Source: Lama glama
Lineage: Eukaryota
Reading direction: 5' to 3'
Length of the DNA: 64,000 nucleotides
Assembly (NCBI GenBank): GCA_028534125.1
Contig: CM052816.1
Span: 14,882,001-14,946,000, forward strand
In this document: positions 38,289 to 54,255 of the stretch, piece after piece
Layout: each line of letters begins with the position of its first letter
Numbering within the stretch: position 1 is the first letter of the stretch
Notes under the pieces: model-generated
Told to the model about the DNA's origin: nothing
The model's database searches: none
Seen by the model: the letters and a program-made list of their open reading frames with translations, nothing else
Translations under genes and position numbers: made by a program

Positions 38289-41200
38289 TGTGATATTATG
38301 ATTTATAATAGGAAATATATGTTTGGTTTTTGTCCTTGGTTTCTGACACAGAGCTCCCGTGGAATTTCCTAAGTGGTGAGAGCAATAAAGGTGTCTCTTG
38401 TTATGTTAATGAGGTGATTTTGGGACCAGCACCTAAGGATGGGATGATGGTTGCCAGAAGAACCAACCATATGATTAGAGGGTTGGAACTTTCAGTCTCA
38501 TGCCTGCCCTCTGGGGAGGGAAGAGGGGCTAGAGATTAAGTTTAATCGCCAACGACCAATGATTTAATCAACCATGCCTGTGTAATGAAGCTGCCATAAA
38601 AACCCAAAAGGATAGGGCTCAGAGAGCTTCTGGGTGGGTGAACACATGGAGATTTGGGGAGAGTGGGACACTAGGAGAGGGCATGGAAGCTCTGTGCCCC
38701 TTTCCCCATATCTTGCTCTGTGCATCTTTTCCACCTGGCTGTTTCTGAGTTATGTCCTTCTATAATAAACCAGTAATTTAGTAAGTAAAATGTTTCTCTG
38801 AGTTCTGTGCTGCTCTAGCAAATTAACTGAACCCAAGGAGGTGGTCATGAGAACCTCTGATTTATAGTCAGGTGGTCAGAAGTACTGGTAGTAACCTGGG
38901 CTTGCCCCTGGTATCTGGAATCTAAGGGGGGTGGTCTTGGGAACCTCCAACCTGTAGACAGTTGGTCAGAAGCACAGGTAACAACTCGGGCTTGCAATTG
39001 GCATCTGAAGTTGTTGGGGGGAGCCGTCTAGTGGGACTGAGCCCTCAACCTATGGAATCTGATGCCATCTCTGGGTAGATGGTGTCAGAATTGAGCTGAA
39101 TTGGAGGATAACCACCTGGTATCAGAACAGTGCTTGTTGGAGGTGTGGAGGAAAAGCCCCTCTCCCTGCACTGAAATTGGGTGCTCAGAACACAAAAGAG
39201 TTGGTGTCAGTGAAGTGGGATTTGCTAGAATTAGCCCTGGCTTAGGGAAGCATGTGGTTTGGGAAGAGAAAGGATGAAAAGGTCAGGGGATGAAGAACCT
39301 TGGATTCCTGGGCCACACGGTCACCCAGGGTATGGAACAGCAGCTGTGCTGCAGTCAGTTACTAAAGGTAATAGTTACTAATAGAATTTAGAGATGAATC
39401 CAAATCCTGGGGAGCTGAATCACTGGGTATATAAGGAAGTGCAAAATAACAAGAAGCATGCCAAACATACAGTCCCTTGGTTATCGTTACCTGTAATAGC
39501 TAAACAGTAAAAGAGAATGCTGAGTTAGACCTGGATGCTGGTCCAAACTCAGATTTCAGTGAATCTGAGCTTGGGCTACTAGCCTCAAAGCTGTCCCCAT
39601 TGTAAAAATTGTGCAGGGACAACAGAAAGTACATCTAAGACCTCTGGTCACCAAGAAAGTAGTCAACATGGGGGAAGGACAAAACCAAGAAACTCCTGGA
39701 ACCAGGGTTATAAAGAAATTGTTACACTTTGTAGATCAGTATCATCAGCTTTCTGAAGAACCTTTACTGAAATGGATTGTGAGAGTAACTCATTTGGGGG
39801 CTATGTCTTTGGTTTTGAGTGCTGCAAAGTAGCACAGCATGTTTGAGCCCATGGCTCACTATGGAACAATCACAGTTGACAACATGTGATTCAGATACAC
39901 AGGAGGTTATTCCTAAGGGAACAGTCAGTCTGATGGACTGGATAAAAGTAAGGTTTGTTTACCCTGAGGGGACTGTTCATCTTCCCCCATGAATGCCAAG
40001 TGGAAGACTTCAGATGAAGCAGTTGATATGCTTCATATGCAAGCCAAGTGGGACTGGCTTTATGTTAACCAGCATATTTGGCCGCTGCCCAGGTCATGGT
40101 AAATTTTGTGGTTAAAGAGGCCCCTTTCACATGGGCATCCCGTATAATCCTATCGTTGCAAAATCAAAAAACAGTTCGGGAAACCTCACCAAATTTGTTG
40201 TCTCTGCTTCTCCTCACTGGGCCTTACAGATGCTAATAAAAACATTAAGTTAATTAACAAGAGAATAGGAGAGGCCAAGGGTGGAGTCACAGGACTCTTT
40301 ACAACAATGTGGAAAGTTTTACACTGTTATTAGGGAATAAGATGAATGAAGTGAGTATTGATAGGAGCAAACAAAGAGGAAACAGAAGAAAAAGAGTCAC
40401 AGGACTCATCCCAGCAGGGAAAAAATCCTTAGATGGTTATTAAAAAATGGGATGAATGAAATGGACACTGATGGGGTTAAAACAAAAGTTTTAATACAGC
40501 ACTACCTAAGGTTGGTTGGGCCAAAGGGACCTCCTCATTGGTCTCCTAACATTAAAGGGCCCCAAACAAATCTACTCTATTTACCCGTTTGAAGAAATTT
40601 AAAAAGTCAGAAGGTAGAAATTACAGTGAGAAACCTGACCAGCAATCATATGGGGCAATGGCAGGCAAATTTACAAGACTGACAAAAGGGCCAGTGTCCC
40701 TTGGCTCGACTCCTCACCAGGGACCCGAAGTCTTTTGCACTGGAGTGGGCAAAATGGTCAGGGACTGGAGAAGAGAAGTTTCCAGGACTCAACTGTGGTA
40801 CCAAATTACCCATTGGTGAAGCCCCAACTCAGGTTACAATTAGATTAAGATTATTTCAAAACGTAATCGTTGATAGGGTTACAAAAGTTGGAATTATGTG
40901 CTATGTAAAGACTTGTGTTAACTTTACCTGAATGTTTTATAGGAATGTATATTACGTACGGCTGAGGAATAATTCCTTTACCTAGTATTGTAAAATTAAA
41001 ACCTGTGGATGCAGTCCTACTAGAGTCTACACTAGGAACATGTAAGTTCCTGGAATTACAGTAAAAATTTATAGGAGAATTGGTATGTTTGAACAGGCTT
41101 TATGTGAAGTGGTTGCATCTCTTTTACCAGATTGTATTTTGAGAATGGACACTGTATCTGACAGAGAACATTTCTCCTACCTAGAATTACAAAACAGAAG

Positions 41201-43230
41201 GCATGTACATCCACCCCTTCAAGCAATATTAATTGGAGATACTAAATGGGAATCAGTAAGACTGCCTGAACCACACAGTGTGGAAGGGAAGCTGAAACGC
41301 TGGTGGGGACAAATTCCCTGTGTGAGAGCCCTGTGTTCAGTGTATACTGGGGCTTATGGCAAGAGCCTGTGAGTGCCTCCCTGTGATGACTACTGGGACT
41401 CTGGACAAGAGAATTACCATTTGAGGGGTATTTACTCCCTTGCTATCAGATATTAATTGGTGAATGAAGGACATAAAATGATCTGAAACCTGAAACACTC
41501 ATAATGTCTAGGGTGATATCAGAGAAAAGCTCTAATGGGGATGGCAGTGCCCAGAAGAGTTCCATTATAAAATGGAAATGGTTTATACAGGATCACGATG
41601 CCTGGGAAATGCAGGAGATACTCACCAGCAGGGAGCCTCTTTTCTCCTAGTATTGACTCTGGAACTGCATGAGGAGTTGCTGGATTCTGTTGTCACATGG
41701 GCTGTGCCCTATAAAGAGCCCTTGACTGACTGACAAAGAGCTGCTGGGTTTGGAGGTGATAGTTCCAAGGTGAATGGACAACATCCTGTTCGGAAGGCCA
41801 CCGCTCTGATGATAGAAGGTAAAAACAAATCAGCTTGGAGGGCTGAATTGCATTCTGTTACCCAGCAGTGTTGGAAGAATTGAACAGTGGAAAGAGATTT
41901 TTCCTGACTTATGCACAGTGACCAATGGCCTGGCCATAGGTTAGGCAGGAGGGCAGTGGACACCTGGCCTATTAAAGGGATGCCCTATGGAAACTTGAGG
42001 GGTGGATTAAAGTAGGACACGTTGATGTCCATCAGAAGAGCTCCCTTCCAGGTTTAGAAGGTTACTGTAATCAACAAGCAGGTATCTCCGTGTGCTTGCT
42101 TCAGGTGGCCACATGGGCCCATGAGTTTGAGGGTCTGCAGCTATGCAGAGATGGGTTGAATCTAAACATATTTCTCTTGCACCCTCTGAGGAACAAAATG
42201 CTAGTAAGAACTGCCAATAAAATACACAAAGACTGCAGGTAGCTGTGTGACCAGCTTCCTGGTGGGAAGGCCCTTGAATATAGCTGGCTGATACTGGTAG
42301 CCCTGTGGGGTTTGTAAATGGGTCCTGACATGAATAGATACTGATTCTGGTCTGGGCCTTGCTTACCTGGTGGTTAGAATACTGTGAAAGAACTGGAACA
42401 GAAGATATTCCATCAATTTGGATGGCTGATCATCATTTCTTCAGACCAGTGACCTCAGTTTACAGCCCATAGTGTCCAACGATGGGCAGAGATATATCCT
42501 CCTCAGAGTAATAGTTTGGTACAGAATTAGAACAGGCAATTAAAACACTGGTTGTCTAAAACAGGGAGAGATAAAAGCATGAGGGGCTTGCTTACACGCC
42601 TTCACCACTGTGTGCTCACACTCAACATGAGGGGGTCTAAAGGAGTGTCCCCACTGAATAGATTTCTCTTGTTTTCCTGGTGGATCTGGAGCAGGAAGGT
42701 TGGGGAAGGTGCTGGTATACCTTCTTCTCCACATAATCTCAGCTTTTTCTATTTCCCCTCCTGCTTGATGCATTGGTCATAGGACCAGGGCTGCAATTAA
42801 AAGGGCAGGAAGCATGAATGGATTCCTAAGCAAGGAACTATAATTATGTTTTTAACTTTATGTCAGAATTCTCAAGGGCCTAATGGGGCAGGATGTACCT
42901 TCACCCCATCTGGTAAAATTGGGATTAACAGTGAATGCAGCTATATTGCCTGGTGGTAGAGACAGCCCACTAGTTCTGCATCTATGTACCTTACTCCATG
43001 GGAACAAGAGAGGACAGAGGAAGAAGCACTTGCTAGACTAGTATTGCTGTCTGCAATCTGCATGAGCCTAGTGGCTGAATCTAATGTTCCTCCCAAAGGT
43101 GGAAAAGTTTGGGATTAAATGGAGAGAAGAAAAAATACTAGTTATTGGTAAAGGAATGAATAAATGGATAATGTAATGAGGGAAATTTAATATGACATTA
43201 ACACCTCATAAGAGGCTCAGAGCAAGAGAT
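38289..43230 (+). mobile_element. ERVL provirus remnant: MER21-like 5' LTR (about 38289-39195), Leu-tRNA-like PBS, degenerate gag/pol/integrase; no 3' LTR seen
   Basis: LTR starts TGTGATATTATGAT; AATAAA at 38764; TGGTGTCAGtgAAGTGGGAT at 39202-39221; IKWKWFIQD near 41566; FGW...ISSDQ..QFTAHSVQRWA near 42416-42490. Confidence 0.75.
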
Positions 43231-43291
43231 GATACCCAGATTTTCTTGTTACTATCCTTCTAATCTTATTCCTTTTTATTCCATGAACAAA

Positions 43292-43710
43292 TGCTGTTTG
43301 AATTGTGTCCTCGCTGAAAAAGATATATTGACATCCTAATCCCTCGTACCTCAGAATGTAACTTAATTTGAAGATACGGTCTTAATAGAGGTAATCAAGT
43401 TAAAACAAGGTCATTGGGATGGGTCCTAAACCAGTAGGGTTGATGTCCTTATAAAAAGGGGAAATTTAAACATAGGAACAGATACTCATAGAGAGAAGAC
43501 CATGTGAAGAGATACAGGGAGAAGGTGGCCAACTACAAGCCGAGGAAAGAGACCTGGAACAGATTCTTCCTCTCAGTCTTCACAAGGAACCAACTCTGCT
43601 AACACCCTGATTTCAGACCTCTGGCCTCCAGAACTGAGACAATACATTTTTATTATTTAAGCCACCCAGTTCGTGGTACTATGTTATGGCAGCCCTAGAA
43701 AACGAATACA
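43292..43710 (+). mobile_element. MaLR LTR (MLT1-like)
   Basis: gaattgtgtcc...taagccacccagttcgtggtact..atggcagccctagaaaacgaataca. Confidence 0.75.
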
Positions 43711-44029
43711 AATGCAAATCCATACCTCTGGCCATCTTTGTTTCCAGGAAAAGTGAACAGTCAGATGTACCACTCAAAATGCTTTCTTACCAAGTGGGAG
43801 GGGCAAGGTAGGTGAAGGGGATTAAGCAGTACAAACTACTAAGAGTAAGATAAATAAGCTACAAAGACATAATGTACAGTAAAGGGAATTTAGCCAATAT
43901 TTTATAATAAAATTATATGGAGTACAATCTAAAAAATATTGAATCACTATGTTGTACATCTGAAAGTAAAATAATATTGTAAGTCAACTATACTTCAATT
44001 AAAAACCAAAACCTAAAAACACCCTACAA

Positions 44030-45940
44030 AGTCCTTTCCTTCATGAGGGGTTCCCTTCCCTTTGGCCCTTCTGAGCCAGTCCTGTGGGATATAACACTCT
44101 AGTACCCTCCTTATAGTTTGTGCCAGATTTCTGTGTGGAAATATTTTTAAATTAGGCTCAGATTTTCCCTCTTTAGTGATCTGATCACCAGGAACTCCCC
44201 ATGAGGCCATAGATGTAAAGTGAAAGAGCAGAGGTAATGCAGGAGCATTAGGTGTATTGCCAATGTAAACCTTCCACTCCTGAAACATATTTATGCTCTC
44301 CAGACCTGCTCACATATGATCTTGTATTAATACTTCCACTTGAAGATGGAGTGCTGCTACACATACTGCAATTTTATGGTTTGATCAATCAGGTAACATC
44401 CAGTAAATTACAGGCATCTGAGATGACATGATCACTTTATGTCCTACAGTCAGGGGTTCAGCCTCTATCGTGGTCCAACAACAAGCCAGGAGCTATGTTA
44501 CTTTGTTAAGATCTCTGGGAAGCAGACTGTGGGATAGAGTGTAGGGTGTTTGCTAGTGTGTTCTTTGAGATTAACACCTGTGGGGTGGAGGTGATGGAAG
44601 CAGGATTCAGCAGAGAGAGAAATGGAGAATTCTGAAGCTAAAATGGCCCTTTAGAGCTGTGCTGTGTTAGGCTGAAATGGCTGGGTCTTTACATTTCCAC
44701 CTTAATCAGTCATTGGATGTGGCCTGCCCTGGTAAGGATGTGACAGCTGAAGAGTGCCCACTGACAGCACCCCTGGCATTCCCAGCAGCATCCCAGAAAC
44801 AAGTCTTTCATGGAAGTGGAATCTGAGTGGTGCATGTCCATGTCCTTACAATCTACTCTCTGTGCTGCTCAGATCCTCTTCATACATATTCAGAGAGCAG
44901 CTCCTTCATGGTTCTGCTGGGCCTTTCTTCCTGGGGGATACTTAGAGGAGAAAGTTTAATGGGATGACCTATAGTCCCTACCACCGAAAATGGTTTCAGG
45001 GTTAGAACTGATAATCATTGTCTCATTTCTCTACTATCCATTCTAGGTTTCTCCTCACCTTCACTAGCATGTCTGCTGGTGTCAGTGGATTATCTGGTGG
45101 TATAATCCGCACTTTCATGCCCAAGAGATACGAGCCCTTGTCATCATGCCCTTCTCAAAATGGGATTGTTGCATATATCCAATTACCAAAGTAATGGGTG
45201 AGTGTGTACCAGGAGGCACTCAAGTTGGTCATCTGGGTGCCAAACATATTTTCCCTTGGGCCCAGTGTGTCATAGCAGCCCTACTTCCTCCTGATGATCA
45301 GGGTCACTTTCTCCTGTCAAGTTGGTGGCTCCGCTCTTGTCTGTTGGACCTTAGTCAAATGGAACCCAAAGGACTGAGGTTACAGCTTTAGCTTATTATA
45401 TAGTGGGAATTTGCTATGTCCCCTGGTGGAAATGTTTTCTTTTAGGGACAAAGTCTAACTCTGCAGACCCCAGAGTTTCTGAAATGGGAAGCACAAATTT
45501 CCCAAGCAGGTCATTGTGAGCAATGTTAACTGAAGCCGTTCCTACCATATAAAGGGTTTAGTGTTTGTCTTTACTGCTGGCATATTGTACATTTGGCTGT
45601 GGAAGCAGCTAGATCAACCTTGATAAGTGAGGTACGTGAATAGCTTTTATCTTTGTCACTGCAGCCTCTTTGTTCATGTGTTCATCATGCTAGCAGTGGT
45701 CTGGCTGATGAAGGAAGCTGTCTGATGTCAAATGGATCAATAATTTTGTCTATTTCAGTGTTTAGTGACTCTTCCTTGGTGGAATGCCCTCTGGTGGCCA
45801 TCAACTTAACACATAAAGGTCTTCACACTTCGAGTTTACTTGTATATATTCAACATGCTTCCAACTCATTACTACTTATACTCAATCTTCCAGCTTTCCA
45901 GGACCCCAAGATTTTGTTCTCTAACACCTTTATTCAATGG
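44030..45940 (-). mobile_element. ERVL internal fragments plus an ERVL-type LTR (about 44500-44850)
   Basis: pol-like SMASWGVP text on minus; LTR text aagcagactgtg..aacacctgtggg..ggaagcaggatt. Confidence 0.5.
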
Positions 45941-46058
45941 GAAAAAATAAGGCTCTTTTAAGGAATAGTTAGATACACATCTGGATTATTAAAAATAGAA
46001 TAATTTTGTGACTTCTTATATTTCCAGAAAACAAGTATGTTTCAAAATTATAGGTTGG

Positions 46059-47313
46059 ACACCACACACAAAAATAAACTCAAAATGGCTTAATGGCTTA
46101 CACATAAGACAAGACACTCTTAGAAGAAAGCAGGCAAAACATTATTTAACATAAATCTCAGAAGTGTTCTCCTATGGCAATTTACCCAAGCAACAGAAAT
46201 AAAAGCAAAAATAAACAAATGGGACGTAATTGAACTTATAAGCTTTTGCACAGCAAAGGAAACCATAAGCAAAACAAAAAGACAACCTACGGAATGGGAG
46301 AAAATATTAGGAAAAGATGAGACTGACAAGAGCTTAATTTCCAGAATATATACACAGCACATACAATAAGAAAAAAACAAATAACCCAATTCAAAAATGG
46401 GCAGAAGACCTAAACAAGCAATTCTCTAATGAAGACATAGAAATAGCAAATAGGCACATGAAAAAATGCTCAATATTGCTAAATATCAGAGAAATGCAAA
46501 TCAAAACTACAATTAGGTATCACCTCACACTAGGCAGAATGGCCATCATTCAAAAGCCCACAAACGTTAAATACTGGAGAGACTGTAGAGGAAAGGGAAC
46601 CCTCCTACACTGTTGGTGGGAATGTAGTTTGGTGCAGCCATTATGGAAAATCAGTATGGAGATTGCTCAAAAGACTAAAAACAGACTTACCATATGATCC
46701 AGCAATCCCACTCCTGGGCATATATCCAGAGGGAACCTTAATTCAAAAAGATACATGCACTCCAATGTTCACAGCACCATGATTTACAATAGCCAAGACA
46801 TGTAACAACCTAAATGTCCATTGACAGATGACTGGATAAAGAAGTAATGGAATACTACTCAGCCATAAAAATAACAAAATAATGCCATTTGCTGCAACAT
46901 GGATGGACCTGAAGATTCTAAGTGAAGTAAGCTAGAAAGGGAAAGAAAAGTACCATATGATATCATTTACATGTGGAATATATATATGAAAAAAGACAAA
47001 TGAACTTATTTACAAAACAGAAACAGACTCACAGACATAGAAAGCAAACTTATGGTTACCAAGGTGGAAGGGAATGAGAAGGGATAAATTGGGAGTTTGA
47101 GATTTGCAGATACTAACTACTATATATAAAATAGATAAACAACAAGTTTATACTATATAGTACAGGGAACTATATTCAATATCTTGCAGTAACTTATGGT
47201 GAAAAAGAATATGAAAATGAATGTATGTATGTTCTTATATGACTGAAGCATCATGCTGTACACCAGAAATTGAAACAACACTGTAAACTGACTATACTCC
47301 AATAAAAAAAAGA
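46059..47313 (+). mobile_element. 5'-truncated, relatively young L1 (ORF2 3' end, 3'UTR, A tail)
   Basis: [21 protein letters not shown]; 15-bp TSD AAAATTATA(G/A)GTTGG at 46044-46058 and 47314-47328. Confidence 0.9.
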
Positions 47314-47529
47314 AAAATTATAAGTTGGGTGAAAAGCCCGCAGGAGCCAGTTTGAGAAGTCTCCTGCTGGCCAAATTGGGATAGGTTAATTGCAAAACTG
47401 GACCAAAAATGTACACTTGATTAAAACAAGTTAAGTCCATAAATGCCACAAGTATATAATGATACTAGAAAGTAAAAGTTGATTATTTTCTTTTAAAATA
47501 ATTTAGTTTTCTCTTTAAATAATTATTTA

Positions 47530-48220
47530 TTGATCCTTTTGCCAATACTACTGTGTCTTGATGCAAGATCTCTTGAAAATATATACATTTGCTCATCACT
47601 TGCCAATTTCTACAAAACAGTCTATGTGGATTTTGATTGTAGTTGCATTTCTGTTGAGCTCATTCTGGTAATGAACATCTTAATTCTGAGTCTTGAATCT
47701 ATGAACATAGTACCTCTCTCCATTTACTTAAATCTTCTCAATTTCTCTTTGCAATGTTTTATAATTTTCAATGTAGAAGTCTTGCACATCTTTAGTTAAA
47801 TCTATTTCTAATTATGTATCTTTCCAATGCTACTGTACATGTAAAAATTCCAATGCTATTTTTATTACTTGCAATTATACAGAAACATAACTGATTTTTA
47901 TATATTAATTTATATTCTGCAACCTTGTTAAATCTATTCATTAGTCCCAGTAGTTTTCTTATAGATTCTTTAAGATTTTAAACATACACAATTATGCCAT
48001 CTATAAATAAAGACAAATATTTAAAATATCTGTGTGTTTTATTTATTTTTCCTGGCTTTTTATATTGACTAGATCTTCCATTATAATGTTGAACAGGAGT
48101 GAGAACTTTCTGATCTTGTCTGCAATATTACAGGGAAGCATTCAATATTTTACCAGTAAGTATTATGTTAAGTTTTAGGATTTTTGTAGATTTTTTTGAA
48201 CCACAATGAGGATGCTCCCA
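47530..48220 (-). mobile_element. Old L1 ORF2 fragment
   Basis: Degenerate IYEKP..NIIL.G..LNAFP-like segment near 48130-48200 on minus. Confidence 0.6.
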
Positions 48221-48329
48221 TTGTGGTTCCATAACTGGGAGCAAGAGTATTACCATAGAGGTTTATATTAGAAAATAAAAAACTACAATTTGTGAGCTAG
48301 TAATCACTTCAAAGATCAGTCAATGATAA

Positions 48330-49790
<1,461 letters not shown>

Positions 49791-49849
49791 TAGACTGATC
49801 TATGCCATGAAAGGATGATGATTATATAATAGGAAGTTTTTCATATTCT

Positions 49850-51500
49850 AGATGAAGTAGTATAATACTAATATAAAGCAGACTGTGGTAAGTTAAGGTT
49901 GTGTATTCTTATCCTTAGAGGAAATACACCCCGAAATGTTATAGGTAAAAAGTCAATTTAGGATATAAAATGAAATACCAAAAAAATACAGAATTAAGCC
50001 AAAAAGAAAACAGAAAATGAGAAACAAAGGAATGCAAACAGAGGGTATGAATAAATAATAGACAGAATTATATAAATAATTGTATTAAATATAAATAAAA
50101 TGAACTCCCCAGTTAAAAGGCAGAAGTGATAAGACTGGATAAAAAAGCAAGATCCAATTCTATGTAGTTTACCAAAGAGGTATTTAAAATATAAATACAG
50201 GATGAAAGCAAAAGGATGGAAAAAGACACATCATGCAAATCCTAAGCGTAAGAAATATCAAGTGACTCTATTAACATCAAATTTAAAGTATTACTAGAGA
50301 CTAAAAGGGATGTTTCATAATGATTGGTGTTAATTCATCAAGAAGATACAATATTCCTACTTATGTGCACATTTTAATAACAGAGCTTCAAAATAGATGA
50401 GGCTTACAACAATGCTAGAACTGAAAGGAGAAATAAACAAATTCATAATCATTGAAGAATTTAACATTTTCCTCTCAGTAATTGATAGAACGTGCAGGAA
50501 AAAAATGGTAAGAATAGAGTATTTCAATAACACTATCAAAGCAATTCAGTTTAATTGATATTTATAGAACACTATACACAACTGTACAACACATATTTAT
50601 TTCAAGCACACATGAGCTCATCAGGATAACCCATATGTTGGATAATAACAACAAAACAACAAAACTCAATAAATTTTAAAGGATTGAAATTGAACAGAAT
50701 ATGTTCTCAGACCAAAACAAATGATAGCCCTGGATATTTGGAAATTGAGCAATACTTCTAGCTAAGCAATGGGTCAAATGAGAAATCAACAGGGAAATTA
50801 CAGATAAAGTCAAGCAATGGTAATAAAATCACCATGTATCAAAATTCATGAAGTACAGCTTAAGTAGGTATAGGAAAAGAAATAACATATGTGTGGAAAT
50901 CAATGAAACAGAAAAGAGAAAGTAATAGGAAAATAACAAAGACAAGAATTGGTTTTTTTTAAAGATTAGTAAAATTGATATACTCACAGCACTACTGATA
51001 AAATAAAAGGAGAGAAGACATACTTACTAATATTCAGAAAGAGGGGCACCACTATAGATCTTAAATATATTGAAAAGATAATAAAGGAATAGTATCAATA
51101 ACTTCAAGCCAAAATATTAACATCTTAGATAAAATGGACAAAATGTTAAAAAAAAAAAACACGTTACCAATTGGCACAAGAAACAGAACACTGGAATTGT
51201 AGCATACCTATTCCAGAAATTGAATCTGCAATTCAAAATTTCCCCACAAAGAGAATGTTAGCCACTGATGGCTTCTGTGGCAATTTCTATCATATACACA
51301 AAGAAGAAATAATAAACATTATACACAAACTCTTTCATAAAAGAGAGGTGGAATAAATAATTGTTAACTCAATTTATGAGACCAGTGTAACCATGAAACC
51401 AAACCTGACAGGGGATTAAAATGAAAAAATATAGAGACCAATATCCCTCATGAACATAGAGGCAAAAGTTCTCAACAACGTAGCAACAAATTGAATCTAC
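49850..51500 (+). mobile_element. Old L1 (inter-ORF region, ORF2 endonuclease to RT start)
   Basis: aactccccagttaaaaggcaga..gactggataaaaaagcaagatcca; ends at RPISLMNIEAK-like text near 51435-51480. Confidence 0.75.
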
Positions 51501-53690
51501 TGAACAGACATTTTTCACACTGCGTATGCCGCCTGGGAGAAAAACATAAATAGCTTGCCTGAGGAATCACAGCCACACAGGTGCCCTTCCATCCCCAGCC
51601 TGCAGGACTCCAGTTTCTCGGATCTCCTTGGATTTTTGTATCCTTCTATTGCTGCTGCTTCTGCTGTCTTGTGTTTGAAATGAAGAGGGACCTGATTCAG
51701 ATCTCACCACTCAGATTTCAGCTGTGAATACCATCACTACTGCTATGATCCCCACTTGAACTTACAAGTTAGAAACTACCAACAGGACCAGGACCACGGT
51801 AAGTCATGTGTCTCAGAAGCAAAATTAGTATGTCACCCAAAAACTTACTAGGAAAGATAGATATCATTTAATGCAATAGTCTAAAAAATCATGCTTAATG
51901 AAATAATTAATGGTGAACAAAATATCAAAATTTTAAATAAAAACACGATCCAATTCCACACTTGTACAACTTGGCCTCACCCTAATTACAACCCTGTTAC
52001 ATCTTGATGTCAACTTTATTGTTTCCTGAGGTCACTGGGGAAAAAAATGACTGTATCTGCTTTACAGTTCCCTCTTCTGGGCTGCTCCTTCAAAATCAAG
52101 AGGGCTACCAAACTTCTTGATCCACAAATGCTGGCATTGATAAATTTACACAGAGAAAATTTACACAGAGAAAATTATGTTTAGTTTGCAAATACAATCT
52201 ACTTTAGAATATGTTACTAATGGCAATTTTATTACACACACTTATACATTAAATGAGAACTATCTTTACAATGTGAAAAAGGTATGGAAAACCAATGTTA
52301 TTCTAATATATATCTGTGCATGCGTGCACCTCCACCATCTACTAGAGCTACCTTCTCCACCACGCCACACCCCGACATGCTCAAATGCACACACATATAC
52401 ACACAAATACACAAACACTGAGTGCAGCTGAGGAGTTCTAAAATTTCTTGAGGCATTACCATTCATGTATCATAAGGTTTTTTATTTATTTTTCATATAA
52501 CTGGAAGTAATGCTCTTTTCAAGGTATTCCAGATGAATCCAAGAAAGGTATAAGTAGTAAGCCTTTGGAGATGCCTTTAAATTCTACATATACCAATGAA
52601 GTATTTGTAAAGTCAGACTGGAGAGGAGTAATGGCTACTGACACAGTGGGGTCTCAAAACACATCTCTCTGTATATTGAAAAAGCTGTTAGGAATTTCTA
52701 TTCCTTCCACCAGGCATTTTCTACCAAAACATGTAGATTGCTGATCTCCTCTCAAAGATTTTTAGGACTCATAGTCAATTTATTTTACTAAGTAAAAATT
52801 TTGGCCCTGCTACTTCCCTGCCTGAGAGGGAAACCAGTGTTCTGGATTGCTGCATTGCTGGTCAGAACACCACTAGTGCAGGTTTAAAAGGATAGCTAGC
52901 ATTTATCAGCTCACTTTCTCATTCTATTCTCCAAAACTCAACTTTTTGGGTTGCTACTAGCCAAGAAGGTTTCTTTGAAAGTTCAATTATTTGTGTATAT
53001 TTGTATTAGCCAAATTGAGAGATGACTGAATGAAGACAGAAGGTCAGCCACAGTAACTCAGAGAACCATCCCTTGATAACAGCTAAGGGAAAGCAAAACT
53101 ACTTTTCTGACAAGCATCTCATACATCTTAAATAGAAAATCTGGGACCTTGTCAGACAACTGTATAAATCAACCTTACTCATGAAGAGGAGAGATGTGTC
53201 AGTTTGGAATGCATTTATCTGTAGTCAACAGAAAACCTGACTATAGCTGTCTAATGACATAGGAGTTTATTTATAAGATGCAACATAAAGCCTGGGAGAA
53301 GGTGGTATAGAGATGCTGCAGCAGCTTAACAATGCTACAAGAAGTCCAAGGGCTTTCCATATTATCATAATTAGTATACAGACCTTTGTTTTATGGTATT
53401 CATCTCATGGTTGCAAGTTGGCTGCTTCAATTCTAGGCTTACTTGCAATATCCATGCCAATTAAGAAAAAGAAAAATGGGCAAAAGTCCTAAGGAACATG
53501 CTACCCCAGACTAGCCTTCCAAAAATATTTCCCTTAAGCCCAGTTCCTGTCTGCACTTTCACATCACTAGCAATAACAGAGTCATATGACATTCCTACCT
53601 GCAAGGGACTACAGGACTATTAATATTTTGGCCTAGCGTAGGGGAAGGCAAAGAAAAACTGGCCAGGAGATGGTTTTGTTGATAGTCATT

Positions 53691-54210
53691 TGTATTCATG
53701 TCCTATTGCTGCTGTAACAAATTACTACAAACTTAGTGGCTTAAAAACACAAATTTATTATCTTACTGTTCTGGAGATCAAAAGTTAAACTGGGCTAAAG
53801 TTAAGGTAGAGCTACATTCCTTTCTGGAGGCTTTAAGGAAGAATACATTTTCTTGCCTTTTGTAGCTTCTGGAGGCTGCCTGCTTTCCCTCACTTGTGGC
53901 TCCCTTCCATCTTCAGACTCAGTAATGGCTGGTTCAGTCTTTAACATCACTCCCACACTGACTCTTTTCTGCTTCCCACTTCTACTTCTTATTAAAGACT
54001 CTTGCAATTACACTGGACCCACCTGGATAATCTAGGGTAATCTTATCTTAAATCAGCTAATTATCAACCTTAATTCCATCTGCAACTTTAATTCCCCTTT
54101 GTCACATACTATAAGATATTCACAGGCACAGAGATTAGGACATACTTTGTGGGGCTATTATTTTCCCTATCACAGTCCACTCTATGGTCCCCAAAGATCC
54201 ACATCCATTC

Positions 54211-54255
<45 letters not shown>

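Noticed and set aside
51505..51806. Exon-like segment ending in ACG|GTAAGT
   Set aside because: No ORF, promoter or partner exon identified; may be an LTR fragment
52142..52176. 15-bp direct repeat aaatttacacagaga
   Set aside because: Simple slippage duplication
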